Both the position numbers and the translations under genes were made by a program. This document shows positions 28,548 to 38,592 of a DNA stretch of 64,000 bases, piece after piece. Numbering within the stretch: the first letter of the stretch is position 1; each line of letters opens with the position of its first letter. The stretch is from a virus, in IMG/VR virus record IMGVR_UViG_3300024259_002316, positions 15,719-79,718 of that record, one strand, 5' to 3'. A model generated the notes under the pieces. The model saw nothing but the letters and a program-made list of their open reading frames with translations, did not search any database and was not told the DNA's origin.

Positions 28548-30446
28548 TTATGTATAAATTATATTAGCAAAAATTCTAGGATCATATTCCACAAGAGTCG
28601 AAGCATTATATTGTTTAACTCTAAAATAATATGTTTCTCCTCTAGTCAGATACTCATCTAAACCTATTAAACTATCATATCTACTTTCATATCTAACTTT
28701 CCTGCCAATATAACTAGAAGATACTCCAGAATACGTAAGAGGAACAAACGTTTCTTTTTCTTTTTCATACGTCCAATTTGTAATACCTAAACTATTTTTA
28801 CTTATAAGAATATTACTAAAAAATTCATCGTCAGAAACATCTAAAATAAAATGATAATTTGTAAATTCTGATGGATTATCATCGTTTAGCACAAATTCTA
28901 TTTCCCACCACCCCTCATCATACAAATTATTTTCTTCAATAGGCTTTGCTTCAGAAGTTATATCAGCTAACAACCTGCTAATTTTAAAATTATTATCTTC
29001 TAAGTATTGATTCACACTAGGAGCAAAAGTCGTGTCATTTGCCGTTCTATATCTCAAAGTTGGAAAATCAAAAAGCTTATCTATAAGAGCTTTAATATTT
29101 GGTTCCCATACTTGATTATTAAGCAGCAAATTATTTCCAGCATAAACGAGAAGAGCATAATCAAAATTAGAGCTAGTTTGCCCACCAGAAGGTGACCCGC
29201 CTATCACATTTTCTAAAGTAGTCACATCTACTACATCATCAACAACTTCTCTTATTTCTTTTTCTTTTTTATATAAATTAGCTGCTGATATAGCTATATC
29301 TTTAGACATCATTTCCCATACTACATGCTCATTTATTACTTCTTCTTCAACTACTTCAACACCTGAAAAAGAACATGCCGTTAACGGATCTCCAAATAGA
29401 GTGACTGTCCAATCCAAATAAGGAACACTAAAATAAAAAGCTTCTCCTATTGTCGCTCCTCTTAATAGAGAATAAAAGAAAAAATTAGGGTCTAAAAATC
29501 CATCTATTGTAGGATCAGACATGGCTCCTGCCGTCGAAACATACCCAGCATCTAAAGCCAAATATGGCCATCTGTGGCCAGTGTCACTTCTAACCTCCAA
29601 AGCTCCATCATAATCAGCATTATAAAAGAAAACCCTCATAGCATTACTGTTTTGAAAAAATGTAGTCCTAGTTCTATCAGAAAACCACGACCACACAAAA
29701 GAGTCCCCTTCTACAAATGGAATAGACGGATCTATATATGGATCTTGGAAAGTAGTGCTCCATTGTGACAAATTAAGAGTAGGCAAAAAATTGTCTTTAA
29801 AATCTAATAATAAATCAGTATAATCTTCTGATCCAGTTGTTGCCCTATCAGAATAAGGATCAATATAAAAAGTCCCGTTGGCAAATTTTTGTTTGTTTAA
29901 ATTTGTGGCTTTATCTACTATCCCCTTAGCAAACAATAGATTTGGACCATCTATTCTCGACACAATCAAAGCGGACAATGCATCGGTAGCATCAAACCTG
30001 CTAAATATTTGTCTTCCGTATAATTTATTCAAAGTTTTTGGAGAAAATGTATGTTCTATCCTAGAAATACGAGAAGTTGCTGAATAAATATTTTCATTAC
30101 TAGGATTATTATCATAATACCCACCAGGAACCCTATATCCCAATACAATTCCCCATATATTTCTATCTTCCAATTCTGGAGCTTCTAAAGCGGCTTGTAA
30201 TGGCTCTTCTATATTAATAACAAATTGATTTTCTGTTAAAACTTCTGAAGTAATAGCCGCTTGGATACCTACTTTTTGCCCATCTATTTGCCAATATACT
30301 CCATTTGCCGTTGTTCCCGTGCTAGCAGAAGCATTTATATTAACTGTGCTCATGCCATGGGCATCAATATAATAGTCAGCAAAATCCTCACTATCTAAGT
30401 TCCCATAGATATATACTACTATAAAATTATCTTTTGTAATGGCCAA
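28548..30446 (-). CDS. TIGR03790-like protein
   Basis: VVY....DSEDFADYY; IVLGY.VP; IVSRIDGP; G.MSDP; GATIGEAF; W.VTLFGDPL. Confidence 0.65.
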   Translation of the reverse strand: MAITKDNFIVVYIYGNLDSEDFADYYIDAHGMSTVNINASASTGTTANGVYWQIDGQKVGIQAAITSEVLTENQFVINIEEPLQAALEAPELEDRNIWGIVLGYRVPGGYYDNNPSNENIYSATSRISRIEHTFSPKTLNKLYGRQIFSRFDATDALSALIVSRIDGPNLLFAKGIVDKATNLNKQKFANGTFYIDPYSDRATTGSEDYTDLLLDFKDNFLPTLNLSQWSTTFQDPYIDPSIPFVEGDSFVWSWFSDRTRTTFFQNSNAMRVFFYNADYDGALEVRSDTGHRWPYLALDAGYVSTAGAMSDPTIDGFLDPNFFFYSLLRGATIGEAFYFSVPYLDWTVTLFGDPLTACSFSGVEVVEEEVINEHVVWEMMSKDIAISAANLYKKEKEIREVVDDVVDVTTLENVIGGSPSGGQTSSNFDYALLVYAGNNLLLNNQVWEPNIKALIDKLFDFPTLRYRTANDTTFAPSVNQYLEDNNFKISRLLADITSEAKPIEENNLYDEGWWEIEFVLNDDNPSEFTNYHFILDVSDDEFFSNILISKNSLGITNWTYEKEKETFVPLTYSGVSSSYIGRKVRYESRYDSLIGLDEYLTRGETYYFRVKQYNASTLVEYDPRIFANIIYT

Positions 30447-30481
30447 TTTTAACCCTTATCTATTCTATACGTACCTATAAT

Positions 30482-30510
30482 ATTTCGTTTTTATATGGGT
30501 TTTTCCTTTA
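30482..30510 (-). promoter_or_regulatory. Putative late promoter (degenerate)
   Basis: TAAAGGAAAAAC-N10-ACGAAAT(A). Confidence 0.45.
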
Positions 30511-30578
30511 ATAAATAAAAAGCCCAAAGCATTTAACTGCTTCAGGCTTATTAGAGAGACTACAACCAAACGTAATTA

Positions 30579-31022
30579 TTATTCTTTAGCATTTCCAACA
30601 ATACCCCCTGTGGCTCCTCTTTCAGATTCTTCTTGATGAATATCATCTACCTCTTCGACTACAGGACACACAACAGGAACAATCACTATTTGTGCTAAAC
30701 CCTGATGTTTTTCAACCGTTAAATTTTTATCAGAAATATTAGAAACTTTAACAAGAATTTCCCCTTGATACTCACAATCTATAACTCCTGCTCCTATCAA
30801 AAAATCTGACCTACTTTTTGGCCAAACCAAAGCAACAGTCCCATCGGAAAAATCTGCCGTCACTCCTGTTCTTACTACTTGAATAGTATGAGGGGGTATT
30901 ACCACATCTTCCAAAGCATAAACATCCATTCCTGCATCAGTAGGATGTTTTCTCGTAGGTGCTTTTGCTTCTTTTTCAATTCTTTTTACTTTCAATACCT
31001 GGTTACTACACATACATGTCAT
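30579..31022 (-). CDS. dut: Trimeric dUTPase
   Basis: DAGMDV, KSRS, GVIDCEYQGEI, LAQIVIVP, RGATGG motifs. Confidence 0.92.
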   Translation of the reverse strand: MTCMCSNQVLKVKRIEKEAKAPTRKHPTDAGMDVYALEDVVIPPHTIQVVRTGVTADFSDGTVALVWPKSRSDFLIGAGVIDCEYQGEILVKVSNISDKNLTVEKHQGLAQIVIVPVVCPVVEEVDDIHQEESERGATGGIVGNAKE

Positions 31023-31057
31023 ACTTTTTTCTCCTATTTAATTTTATATTTACTAAC

Positions 31058-33493
31058 TCAGCATCGTCCCCAACCACAAGATTTACATTGTATGCAACCT
31101 TCTACCCTTACTAGCTCTGCTCCACACTCTTTGCAACAATCCCCATGAATTTTAGTATCATCTGGGATATACTTTTTAAGAACCCTACTAAGAGCTTTAG
31201 CAAAACTAAGAAGATCCCCCTTCACCTTCTCTAATTGATGGACTACAAAGCCAACATCACAACCATGTCTCAAATTACTTGAAATTAATCTTGTAATAGC
31301 TTCTTGATCATCGCTAATATTATCTGAGATACTCTCGATAATCATTTCTCCATTATCTTCAAGTAAAGAGTATTGTCCTCTCTTTTGTTTTTTAATATTC
31401 CCCGATTTAAGATTTCTTCTAATATTTCCATCTTTTCCAGCAAAAACCTCATAAGGTTCTCCTTCAGCACCAAAAAGTCCAACAAGAACAAAATACTGTT
31501 CTCCTTTTGACGTAGTATGATATATATGACATTTTAAAATAGGAGGACGTTTAGGAGCTTGTGTTTTTATAATAGAAGCTGTTTTCTCTTCTTTTGTATT
31601 GTCTACTAAAACACCTGTTCTACAATTTTTTCTATAAACAGTTATCCCTTTGCACCCTTCTTCCCATGCTGTCTCATATATTTTAGCTACTTCTTCTACA
31701 GTGACATCTTCTGGCAAATTAACAGTAGAACTAATAGAATGATCGACATGCTTATTAGCGGTGGCCTGAAGTTTGACTCTATTTTTCCAATTAATATCAT
31801 CTGCACAACACCCAAACCATGGAGATTTCTCAACATCTGTTTCTCCTGTTATCTCCATCCATTTCTTTACAGTAGGATGATAGATGTCAAATTCTTGCCA
31901 TTTATCTCCTGTTCCATCTATAAAATCAACCCTTGCTCCTTCGTCGTTTTGATTAATCTTTTTTCTTCTTTTATAACTTATTTGAAAACATGGTTCAATA
32001 CCAGACGTAGTTTGAGTTAAAATCGAAACAGATCCAGCAGGTGCCGTTGTTAGTAAGGCAACATTCCTTCTACCATATTTTTGCATTTCTTTATAAAGCT
32101 CTGGATCTTCTTCTTTTATCCGAAGAAGAAATGGGTTGTTTTTCTCTAACTTTGCATTCCACATTTTAAATGGACCAAGTTCCTTCGCCATTTCAACAGA
32201 AGATTCATAACAACTAAGTTTTAAGGTTTTATAAATTTCATCAACAACCTCAATACTTTTCGCAGAACCATATTTAATACCAAGAGCAGCTAATGCATCT
32301 CCTAATGCTGTTATACCAGTTCCTGTTCTTCTCCCCATCTCTGCCTTCTCTATAGTTTTTTCCCATAATTTTAATTCTACTTCTTTTATCTCATCTTTCT
32401 CTGGATCATTTTTAATTTTATCAACTACCCTTTGGAGGGTTTCTATCTCCATGTCAATAATATCATCCTGCATCCTTTGAGCTATTTTAACATCTCTTCT
32501 AAATTCTTCATAATCGAAATAAGCTTTTTTAGTAAATGCCCCTTTAACATATGTTAAAAGATTAAGAAGCAAAAGTCTACAAGAATCATTAGGACACAGG
32601 GGCACCTCTCCACACGGGTTAGTGGAGGATGTCGAGAAGCCTAATTCTGAATAACAATCAGATGGAGATTCCCTTATAATATTATCCCAAAATAACAACC
32701 CTGGTTCTGCTGTTGCGTGTGCATTTTCTACAATTTGCATCCACACTTCTTTTGCATCTACCTGATTACTGATGGAGGGCTTTGTAGAATCTACTGGAAA
32801 TCTTTGTTCGTAAGTAGTCCCTTTTTTAACGGCATCTAAAAACTCGTCCGTTAAACGAATAGAAAGATTAGCCCCAGTAACTTTTGTAAGATCTCTTTTA
32901 GCTTTTGCAAATTCTAAAATTTCGGGATGATGAACAGAAAGAGAGATTAAAAGAGCGCCTCTTCGACCTGATTGACCAACCTCTCTAATAGTCCTAGAAA
33001 ATCTCTCCATAAAAGAGATAATCCCAGTAGATGTTTTAGCAGCATTTGTAGTTGCTGAACCACAAGGTCTTAAATGAGATATGTCAGTCCCTACTCCTCC
33101 TCTACGCTTACTGATTTGAACTATTTCTTGATCTGTTAAGCATATTCCACCATAGCTGTCTACTGGTGATTCTACGACAAAACAATTTGAAAGACTTACA
33201 TATTGATAAATATTACCAATACCATATAGAGGAGAACCCTGAGGGATAATACGTTCAAAACCTTGAATAAACTCTTTAATTTCTTCTTTTGTCCAAGGTT
33301 TTTTAAATTTCTTTTTTTCTATTTCTGCGATTTCTGAGGAAACTCTTTCGAACATGTCCTCTGGAGTCGCTTCTAAAAGGCTAATATCATTGCCTCGTAA
33401 TGCATATTTATCTAAAAATACTTTTGCTGGTAAATCTTCCCCTCCGAAATACTCTATACTCTGTTTTAGAGCATCATCGTAATTATAAGCCAT
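31058..33493 (-). CDS. nrdJ: Class II (B12-dependent) ribonucleotide reductase
   Basis: SNCFV, RRGGVG, TNPCGEVPL, TAPAGSVS, ISSTVNLP, GCKGITVYR; C-terminal Zn ribbon; no intein. Confidence 0.92.
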   Translation of the reverse strand: MAYNYDDALKQSIEYFGGEDLPAKVFLDKYALRGNDISLLEATPEDMFERVSSEIAEIEKKKFKKPWTKEEIKEFIQGFERIIPQGSPLYGIGNIYQYVSLSNCFVVESPVDSYGGICLTDQEIVQISKRRGGVGTDISHLRPCGSATTNAAKTSTGIISFMERFSRTIREVGQSGRRGALLISLSVHHPEILEFAKAKRDLTKVTGANLSIRLTDEFLDAVKKGTTYEQRFPVDSTKPSISNQVDAKEVWMQIVENAHATAEPGLLFWDNIIRESPSDCYSELGFSTSSTNPCGEVPLCPNDSCRLLLLNLLTYVKGAFTKKAYFDYEEFRRDVKIAQRMQDDIIDMEIETLQRVVDKIKNDPEKDEIKEVELKLWEKTIEKAEMGRRTGTGITALGDALAALGIKYGSAKSIEVVDEIYKTLKLSCYESSVEMAKELGPFKMWNAKLEKNNPFLLRIKEEDPELYKEMQKYGRRNVALLTTAPAGSVSILTQTTSGIEPCFQISYKRRKKINQNDEGARVDFIDGTGDKWQEFDIYHPTVKKWMEITGETDVEKSPWFGCCADDINWKNRVKLQATANKHVDHSISSTVNLPEDVTVEEVAKIYETAWEEGCKGITVYRKNCRTGVLVDNTKEEKTASIIKTQAPKRPPILKCHIYHTTSKGEQYFVLVGLFGAEGEPYEVFAGKDGNIRRNLKSGNIKKQKRGQYSLLEDNGEMIIESISDNISDDQEAITRLISSNLRHGCDVGFVVHQLEKVKGDLLSFAKALSRVLKKYIPDDTKIHGDCCKECGAELVRVEGCIQCKSCGWGRC

Positions 33494-33537
33494 TATTATA
33501 AGCTCTCCATTATATTCTAACACAAAATGTTCAAAAT

Positions 33538-33566
33538 ATAATAGAGGTTATATAATCACTTTTCAA
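33538..33566 (-). promoter_or_regulatory. Sigma-70-like promoter for nrdJ
   Basis: TTGAAA-AGTGATTATATAACCTC(17)-TATTAT. Confidence 0.6.
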
Positions 33567-34303
33567 CCCATTAACATTGCTACTAACTGCTCTCTACTAT
33601 ATTTTTGATCTCCCAGAGTGGGAATCACCTCTTCTATCGTCTTTCTTTCAGGAAAAACTTTATTTCGAGAGCAATTGATAATTGTTTTCCCCTTACTGTG
33701 GTCTCTTATAAATTTCAGCCCTTTAACGCAAGCTGGCAGAGTATGTGCCCTATGCATAGAATTATTACCATAAAAATCAGTCGTCCCATCCTTAGCATTA
33801 CGGCAGTCCATACCAACTAATATGATTGGGTCACATCCTAAAGCATAGACAAATTGATATGCTATAGACCCACTACTCCCTCTTCCATATAGCTTTGTAA
33901 CATCTGCTGTTAATTTGGGCTCTCTCCCATTTAGAATAAAAGTATAATATCCCCCTTGTGTCTCAGACCCTGCCCTACAATATTTTATAGCTTGAGTTTT
34001 CACAACTTTTTGTTTTTCTTGTGACCACAATGCCAAATCTTGCCATAATAATATGGTAGGATCATACTTGAAAAAAATTCTATTTATTCCAACAGTAAAA
34101 TAGCTATCTAACAAAGTAAGATCAACTTTATTAAGAGAAGGAGCATTCCCCAATATAAAACAGGGAATGCCCTTCATTTTTTCTCCCCACGCTCTAGGAC
34201 TTAAAGAAGCAGTTTTTCTGGGAGGCACTCTCCTAGCTTTTGCAGCAGAGCTTGGTCTCTCTCCTGCTCTTCTTGCTGCTCTTCTCTCTTCCCTCCTCCC
34301 CAT
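33563..34303 (-). CDS. DUF115/Maf-like (MptE-like) protein (start revised)
   Basis: CFILGNAPSL...TVGINR...GSSGSIAYQFVYALGCDPIILVGMD. Confidence 0.7.
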   Translation of the reverse strand: MGRREERRAARRAGERPSSAAKARRVPPRKTASLSPRAWGEKMKGIPCFILGNAPSLNKVDLTLLDSYFTVGINRIFFKYDPTILLWQDLALWSQEKQKVVKTQAIKYCRAGSETQGGYYTFILNGREPKLTADVTKLYGRGSSGSIAYQFVYALGCDPIILVGMDCRNAKDGTTDFYGNNSMHRAHTLPACVKGLKFIRDHSKGKTIINCSRNKVFPERKTIEEVIPTLGDQKYSREQLVAMLMG

Positions 34304-34304
34304 A

Positions 34305-34877
34305 CTATTTGATGCCCTTGTCAAATTTACTCCATGATTCAGGAATATCAATTCTTGGATCAATAAGGATTCTATCCGCATCAGGTTTAGAAGGGTTTTT
34401 AATTAATTTAAGACCAGCTTGCTCAGGAGTTCTGTCTGCCTTCATCCTATTAATATCTTTTGAGCACACAACCATATTCTCCCATGAATTTTTACCTCCT
34501 TGAGCGCGAGGAACAACATGGTCAATATCAGCTTCAGCCTCTTTGATTCTTTTTCCTGTATATTGACATTTATACCCATCTCGAATATAGATGTTTCTTT
34601 TCGTAAGTTTAACTTTTTTCCTATACACTTCATCATAAGTGGATAAAACTATTATCTCTGGAACTTTAACATCATAATTAGTGCTAACTACTATAGAATC
34701 TGTTTCTTTAATGGGTTGTTTAGTCCAGTCTCTCCATCGATAAACATACCATGTGTCAGTATCTACAGCAGAAGCCTTGTCAGCAAAAATTAGGGTCAAT
34801 GCTCTATATGCTGGAATTACCCGAACTCGTAACCACATTTTATTCAGAACCAATACTGGCTTGTTTAATGAAGACAT
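34305..34877 (-). CDS. HNH endonuclease (McrA-like)
   Basis: RNIYIRDGYKCQY...DIDHVVPRAQGGKNSWENMV.C...N..K..RTP..AG. Confidence 0.88.
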   Translation of the reverse strand: MSSLNKPVLVLNKMWLRVRVIPAYRALTLIFADKASAVDTDTWYVYRWRDWTKQPIKETDSIVVSTNYDVKVPEIIVLSTYDEVYRKKVKLTKRNIYIRDGYKCQYTGKRIKEAEADIDHVVPRAQGGKNSWENMVVCSKDINRMKADRTPEQAGLKLIKNPSKPDADRILIDPRIDIPESWSKFDKGIK

Positions 34878-34878
34878 A

Positions 34879-35382
34879 CTATTTTTCCTTTACGAAATTA
34901 TTAAACTCTCTTACAAACTCTTCATTATCATCAATTATTTTTATTTCTATATTCTCTTTATATCTAATACAAACTTCTAATGTTATCCTAGCAACTGTTT
35001 TAGCATCAAGATTTCCAGCATCTATCCCTACCCCACAAATAGTTAAAGATTGCATCCCGTCACTAATTACTTTCTTCAGAGCATTATCCAAAGCTTTATT
35101 AATTATATAAATCGAACTAAAATCACTTTGCAATCTTTTTATCACAACATGATACAATCTTTTCAGACCTCTTCTTTTCAATCTTCCAGGGCCCGTTGAG
35201 AAACAGTCTCCTACTTCTATTGTATTATTCGTAATAAACTGCTTTACTTCTTTAGAAATCCCTGAAAGACCATTTTTCACTATTCTTGCAGGGACGCCTC
35301 TGCTCATCACTCCCATCGTATTGGAGGGAATAATAAGAGCTTCTGATTTAGGATAACATACATCTCCTAAAATAGCTTGCAT
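34879..35382 (-). CDS. Macrodomain (ADP-ribose-binding) protein
   Basis: ILGD....SEALI.PSN..G.M..GV...I; GD...T.PG.L; diverged from the canonical NAAN/GGG motifs. Confidence 0.7.
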   Translation of the reverse strand: MQAILGDVCYPKSEALIIPSNTMGVMSRGVPARIVKNGLSGISKEVKQFITNNTIEVGDCFSTGPGRLKRRGLKRLYHVVIKRLQSDFSSIYIINKALDNALKKVISDGMQSLTICGVGIDAGNLDAKTVARITLEVCIRYKENIEIKIIDDNEEFVREFNNFVKEK

Positions 35383-35522
35383 ATCAATTTACCTCATTTC
35401 TCCACAATTGTCTACTCTTTTTTTCACTTTTTCCTACTTTTTGTCAAAAATACCACTTTTTTCTACTTTTTTACTAATTTTTCCCATTTTTCGCTTGTGA
35501 TTTACAAAACTTACTGTACAAT

Positions 35523-35600
35523 ATATTGATATCGATATATTGATATCGATAGGACTATGGACTATGGACTATGGACTATATACTATATACTATAGGACTA
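35523..35600. repeat. Short tandem repeats in AT-rich intergenic region
   Basis: ATATTGATATCGAT x2, GGACTAT x4, ATACTAT x2. Confidence 0.9.
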
Positions 35601-35642
35601 AATATTATATAAATATAATATGCCCGTAGAGAGCAAAAAAGC

Positions 35643-36488
35643 TTAAAATAGAGGTCCATTGTCATTACATTTCTTTATAAATTCTTCTATATTACTTCCA
35701 AAGAAGTCGGGGTTACGCTCTATTTTATTTTTTAGTCTATTTATAATATCCATATGAATCTGACTGATTCTAGATTCTGAAGTATTAATTTTAGCACCTA
35801 TCTCTCCCATAGTTAAATTCTCATAGTAATAATAATAAATTATTTTTTGTTCTATTAATGAAAAGTTTTTACTAATTAACTTACTTATAAATTCTTTTCT
35901 AATTAACTTACTATCGGGAGAATTAGACTTAGTATCTGCCAAATCTACTAAAGAATCTTGTTTAAAATCTTCATGCTTACTAGAATCATTAATATCACTG
36001 CCTTCAATACTTATGAGATTTAAAGGACTGTATTTTTTAATATTAGTAGCATATTCTTTCTGATTTATACCTAATTGCTCTATAACCTCATATTCTGTAA
36101 CTTTTCTTCCTTCTAAGTGTTCTAATTCTTGTCTTTTCTTCTCAATAAGGTTCTGATTTAACCTTACAGATCTTGGAACAAAATCATTTTTTCTAACATT
36201 ATCTATCATTGAGCCACTTATTCTACGATTAGCATAAGTAGGAAAATCTACCCCTCGATCCAAAGAAAATCTATCAATCGCTATGTATAAACCATCTAAA
36301 CCATAGCTAGTTAACTCATCTGGCTGTAGATTCCATTGTAAATTCTCAGCTATTTTAAAAGAAATCTTTTGGACTAAAGGGTAGTAAAGTTCAACTAATT
36401 GTTGTTTAAATTTGTCTTTTTTGCTTTTTATGCTCTCTTTTTGAAATTTTTGCCATAGTTCTATATTACTAATTTTTTGTTTTTCCAT
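35643..36488 (-). CDS. RNA polymerase sigma factor, FliA/WhiG (sigma-28) type
   Basis: Region 2 LVELY.PLV...DEL.SYG..GL..AIDRF...RGV.F.TYA..RI.G.M.D..R..D.VPRSVR; region 4 Y.ENLTM.EIG......SESRISQIH. Confidence 0.88.
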   Translation of the reverse strand: MEKQKISNIELWQKFQKESIKSKKDKFKQQLVELYYPLVQKISFKIAENLQWNLQPDELTSYGLDGLYIAIDRFSLDRGVDFPTYANRRISGSMIDNVRKNDFVPRSVRLNQNLIEKKRQELEHLEGRKVTEYEVIEQLGINQKEYATNIKKYSPLNLISIEGSDINDSSKHEDFKQDSLVDLADTKSNSPDSKLIRKEFISKLISKNFSLIEQKIIYYYYYENLTMGEIGAKINTSESRISQIHMDIINRLKNKIERNPDFFGSNIEEFIKKCNDNGPLF

Positions 36489-36523
36489 GCCAAACCCTTA
36501 AATATAAACTGTTACGTAGTATA

Positions 36524-36552
36524 ATGTTAAAGAAAAAACTATCACTTTTCAA
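36524..36552 (-). promoter_or_regulatory. Sigma-70-like promoter for the sigma gene
   Basis: TTGAAA-AGTGATAGTTTTTTCTT(17)-TAACAT. Confidence 0.5.
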
Positions 36553-36561
36553 ATATTTTTC

Positions 36562-36590
36562 TTGATATGTAAAAGTGAATCTGATATAAT
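36562..36590 (+). promoter_or_regulatory. Sigma-70-like promoter for the pncB operon
   Basis: TTGATA-17-TATAAT, back-to-back with the sigma-gene promoter at the strand switch. Confidence 0.7.
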
Positions 36591-36686
36591 CTCCGAAAAT
36601 ATAGAAAATTTATTTTTTCCAGACAATGAGTTTTTCATAATTGTTGTAATGAATGATGTAAATAATCCTTTAATAATGGAGCAGAA

Positions 36687-37892
36687 ATGGCAAAACAAAT
36701 AATCACAAGTCTTTTAGACACAGACCTTTATAAACTAACCATGCAACAGGCGGTGCTCCAGTTGTTCCCAAAATCTGCGGTAACTTATAGGTTTAAGAAC
36801 AGGGGGGATCAAAGATTTAATGCCGATTTCCTACAAAAACTCCAAGACCAAATATTTTTAATGTCATCAATTCAACTAACTCCAGAAGAATATTCGTGGA
36901 TTAAGAGGGAAATTCCTTTCTTTAAATCTTTATATATTGAATATTTAAAGAATTACCGTTTTAATCCAAACGAGGTTATGGTTAGTTTGGGTCAAGATGG
37001 TGATATTCTTTTAAATATAAAAGGATTATGGGCTTCTACAATACTCTGGGAAGTGCCTCTGATGGCTATAATTAGCGAACTTTACTTTAGAGAAATAGAT
37101 ACTGAATGGAGACCTAGCGATGTCGAGGTAGAGGTTCGAGCAGGAGATAAGATGAGAGACCTACAAAGTGCTCAATGTCTTTATGCCGACTTTGGGACAA
37201 GGCGTAGAAGAGGGTTCTGGGTTCAGGATGACGTGGTTGGTGTCATGGCAAGGGCCCAAAAGAATGCTCACTTTCCCTGTTTTATAGGAACAAGTAATGT
37301 CTATTTTGCTATGAAGTATAATATTAAACCTATCGGGACGATGGCACACGAATGGTTTATGGGTATGAGTGTTCTAGAAGGTTTATATAATGCAAATTAT
37401 TTTGCTTTGGAAAATTGGGTAAGAGTTTATCATGCAGATCTAGGTATTGCTCTAACTGATACTTATAGTTTTGATGCCTTTCTTAAAGATTTTAAAATGG
37501 AATGGGCCAAGATTTATGACGGTGTTCGTCATGATAGTGGAAATCCTTGTTTCTTCGCGGATAAAATAATTGAAATGTATAAGGGTTATGGGATAGATCC
37601 TCTATCTAAAACCATTGTTTTTAGCGATAGTCTCACCACAGATAAGGCAATTCAGATAAAAGCATATTGTGAAGGTAGAATAAAAGTTAGCTTCGGCATA
37701 GGGACTCACTTTACTAACGATTTTGAAAATAGCAAAGCTCTCAATATGGTTATCAAGATGTGGTCCTGTGCCGCAAGCGAAAGACATAGACAAATACCTG
37801 TAGTTAAACTAAGCGATGAGAATGGTAAGGTTATGGGAGATCCAGATGCTGTAAAAGTCGCTAAATGGATGTTTTTCGGAGAAAAATTATAA
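36687..37892 (+). CDS. pncB: Nicotinate phosphoribosyltransferase
   Basis: SLLDTDLYKLTMQQAV, DFGTRRR, GTSNV, GTMAHEW, LTDTY, GVRHDSG, IVFSDSL, FGIGT, VKLSD. Confidence 0.93.
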   Translation: MAKQIITSLLDTDLYKLTMQQAVLQLFPKSAVTYRFKNRGDQRFNADFLQKLQDQIFLMSSIQLTPEEYSWIKREIPFFKSLYIEYLKNYRFNPNEVMVSLGQDGDILLNIKGLWASTILWEVPLMAIISELYFREIDTEWRPSDVEVEVRAGDKMRDLQSAQCLYADFGTRRRRGFWVQDDVVGVMARAQKNAHFPCFIGTSNVYFAMKYNIKPIGTMAHEWFMGMSVLEGLYNANYFALENWVRVYHADLGIALTDTYSFDAFLKDFKMEWAKIYDGVRHDSGNPCFFADKIIEMYKGYGIDPLSKTIVFSDSLTTDKAIQIKAYCEGRIKVSFGIGTHFTNDFENSKALNMVIKMWSCAASERHRQIPVVKLSDENGKVMGDPDAVKVAKWMFFGEKL

Positions 37893-37894
37893 GA

Positions 37895-38575
37895 ATGAAA
37901 ACAAAAACTACTATACATAAATTTAGTTTAGCAGTTAAATTAAAAAACTGCCAAAATAACTTTCTTCCTTTTAAAGAGGCAAGAGTATTTGTAAGAAAAT
38001 TAAAGCTAAAAAATTATAAGGAATGGAGAGAATATTGCATATCAGGCCAAAAACCTAAAAACATTCCATCTACTCCCCACATGGTTTATAAAAATAAAGG
38101 ATGGAAAAATGTTTACAATTGGTTGGGAACGCCTCAAAAAATGCATGTAGGTAAAGATTTTATTCCGTTTGAAGATGCTAGAGAATTTGCAAAGAGTTTA
38201 AAATTAAAAAGTTGTAGAGAATGGAAAAAATATGCAAAGTCAGGAAGAAGACCCAAAAATATTCCATCTAATCCTTATGCAATTTATAAAGATAAAGGAT
38301 GGGTTGGTTGGGGAGATTGGACGGGAGAGAATAACTTATCTAACATAGAAATAAATGAAAACCTTCTTCCTTTTAAAGAGGCAAGAGCATTTGCAAGAAA
38401 ATTAAAGTTAAAAAGCCAAAAAGAATGGTTTGCATATTTTAACAAACATGAAAGACCGTTTAATATTCCAATAAGCCCACACCAGTCTTATAAAAATAAA
38501 GGATGGATTAGTTGGGGAGATTGGTTAGGAATAAGTCATTTACAAATATTTCATAATCGTACAAAAAAATCCTAA
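37895..38575 (+). CDS. Protein made of three 'integrase-repeat'-like units
   Basis: Three repeats of F(L/I)PF.EAR.F...LKLK...EW..Y......P.NIP..P...YK.KGW..W..W.G; no catalytic domain seen. Confidence 0.75.
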   Translation: MKTKTTIHKFSLAVKLKNCQNNFLPFKEARVFVRKLKLKNYKEWREYCISGQKPKNIPSTPHMVYKNKGWKNVYNWLGTPQKMHVGKDFIPFEDAREFAKSLKLKSCREWKKYAKSGRRPKNIPSNPYAIYKDKGWVGWGDWTGENNLSNIEINENLLPFKEARAFARKLKLKSQKEWFAYFNKHERPFNIPISPHQSYKNKGWISWGDWLGISHLQIFHNRTKKS

Positions 38576-38592
38576 GAACAAGGAATAAAAAA

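Noticed and set aside
31058-33493. Intein or intron in nrdJ
   Set aside because: Length and motifs are continuous, with no C...HN/S junctions seen.
4348-35110. Numerous short plus-strand ORFs in the track (e.g. 10831..11526, 18802..19029, 20894..21199)
   Set aside because: They overlap well-supported minus-strand genes and have Phe/Ser/Leu-rich antisense composition.
35523-35600. Possible CRISPR array
   Set aside because: Units are 7-14 nt tandem repeats without unique spacers, and no cas genes are present.
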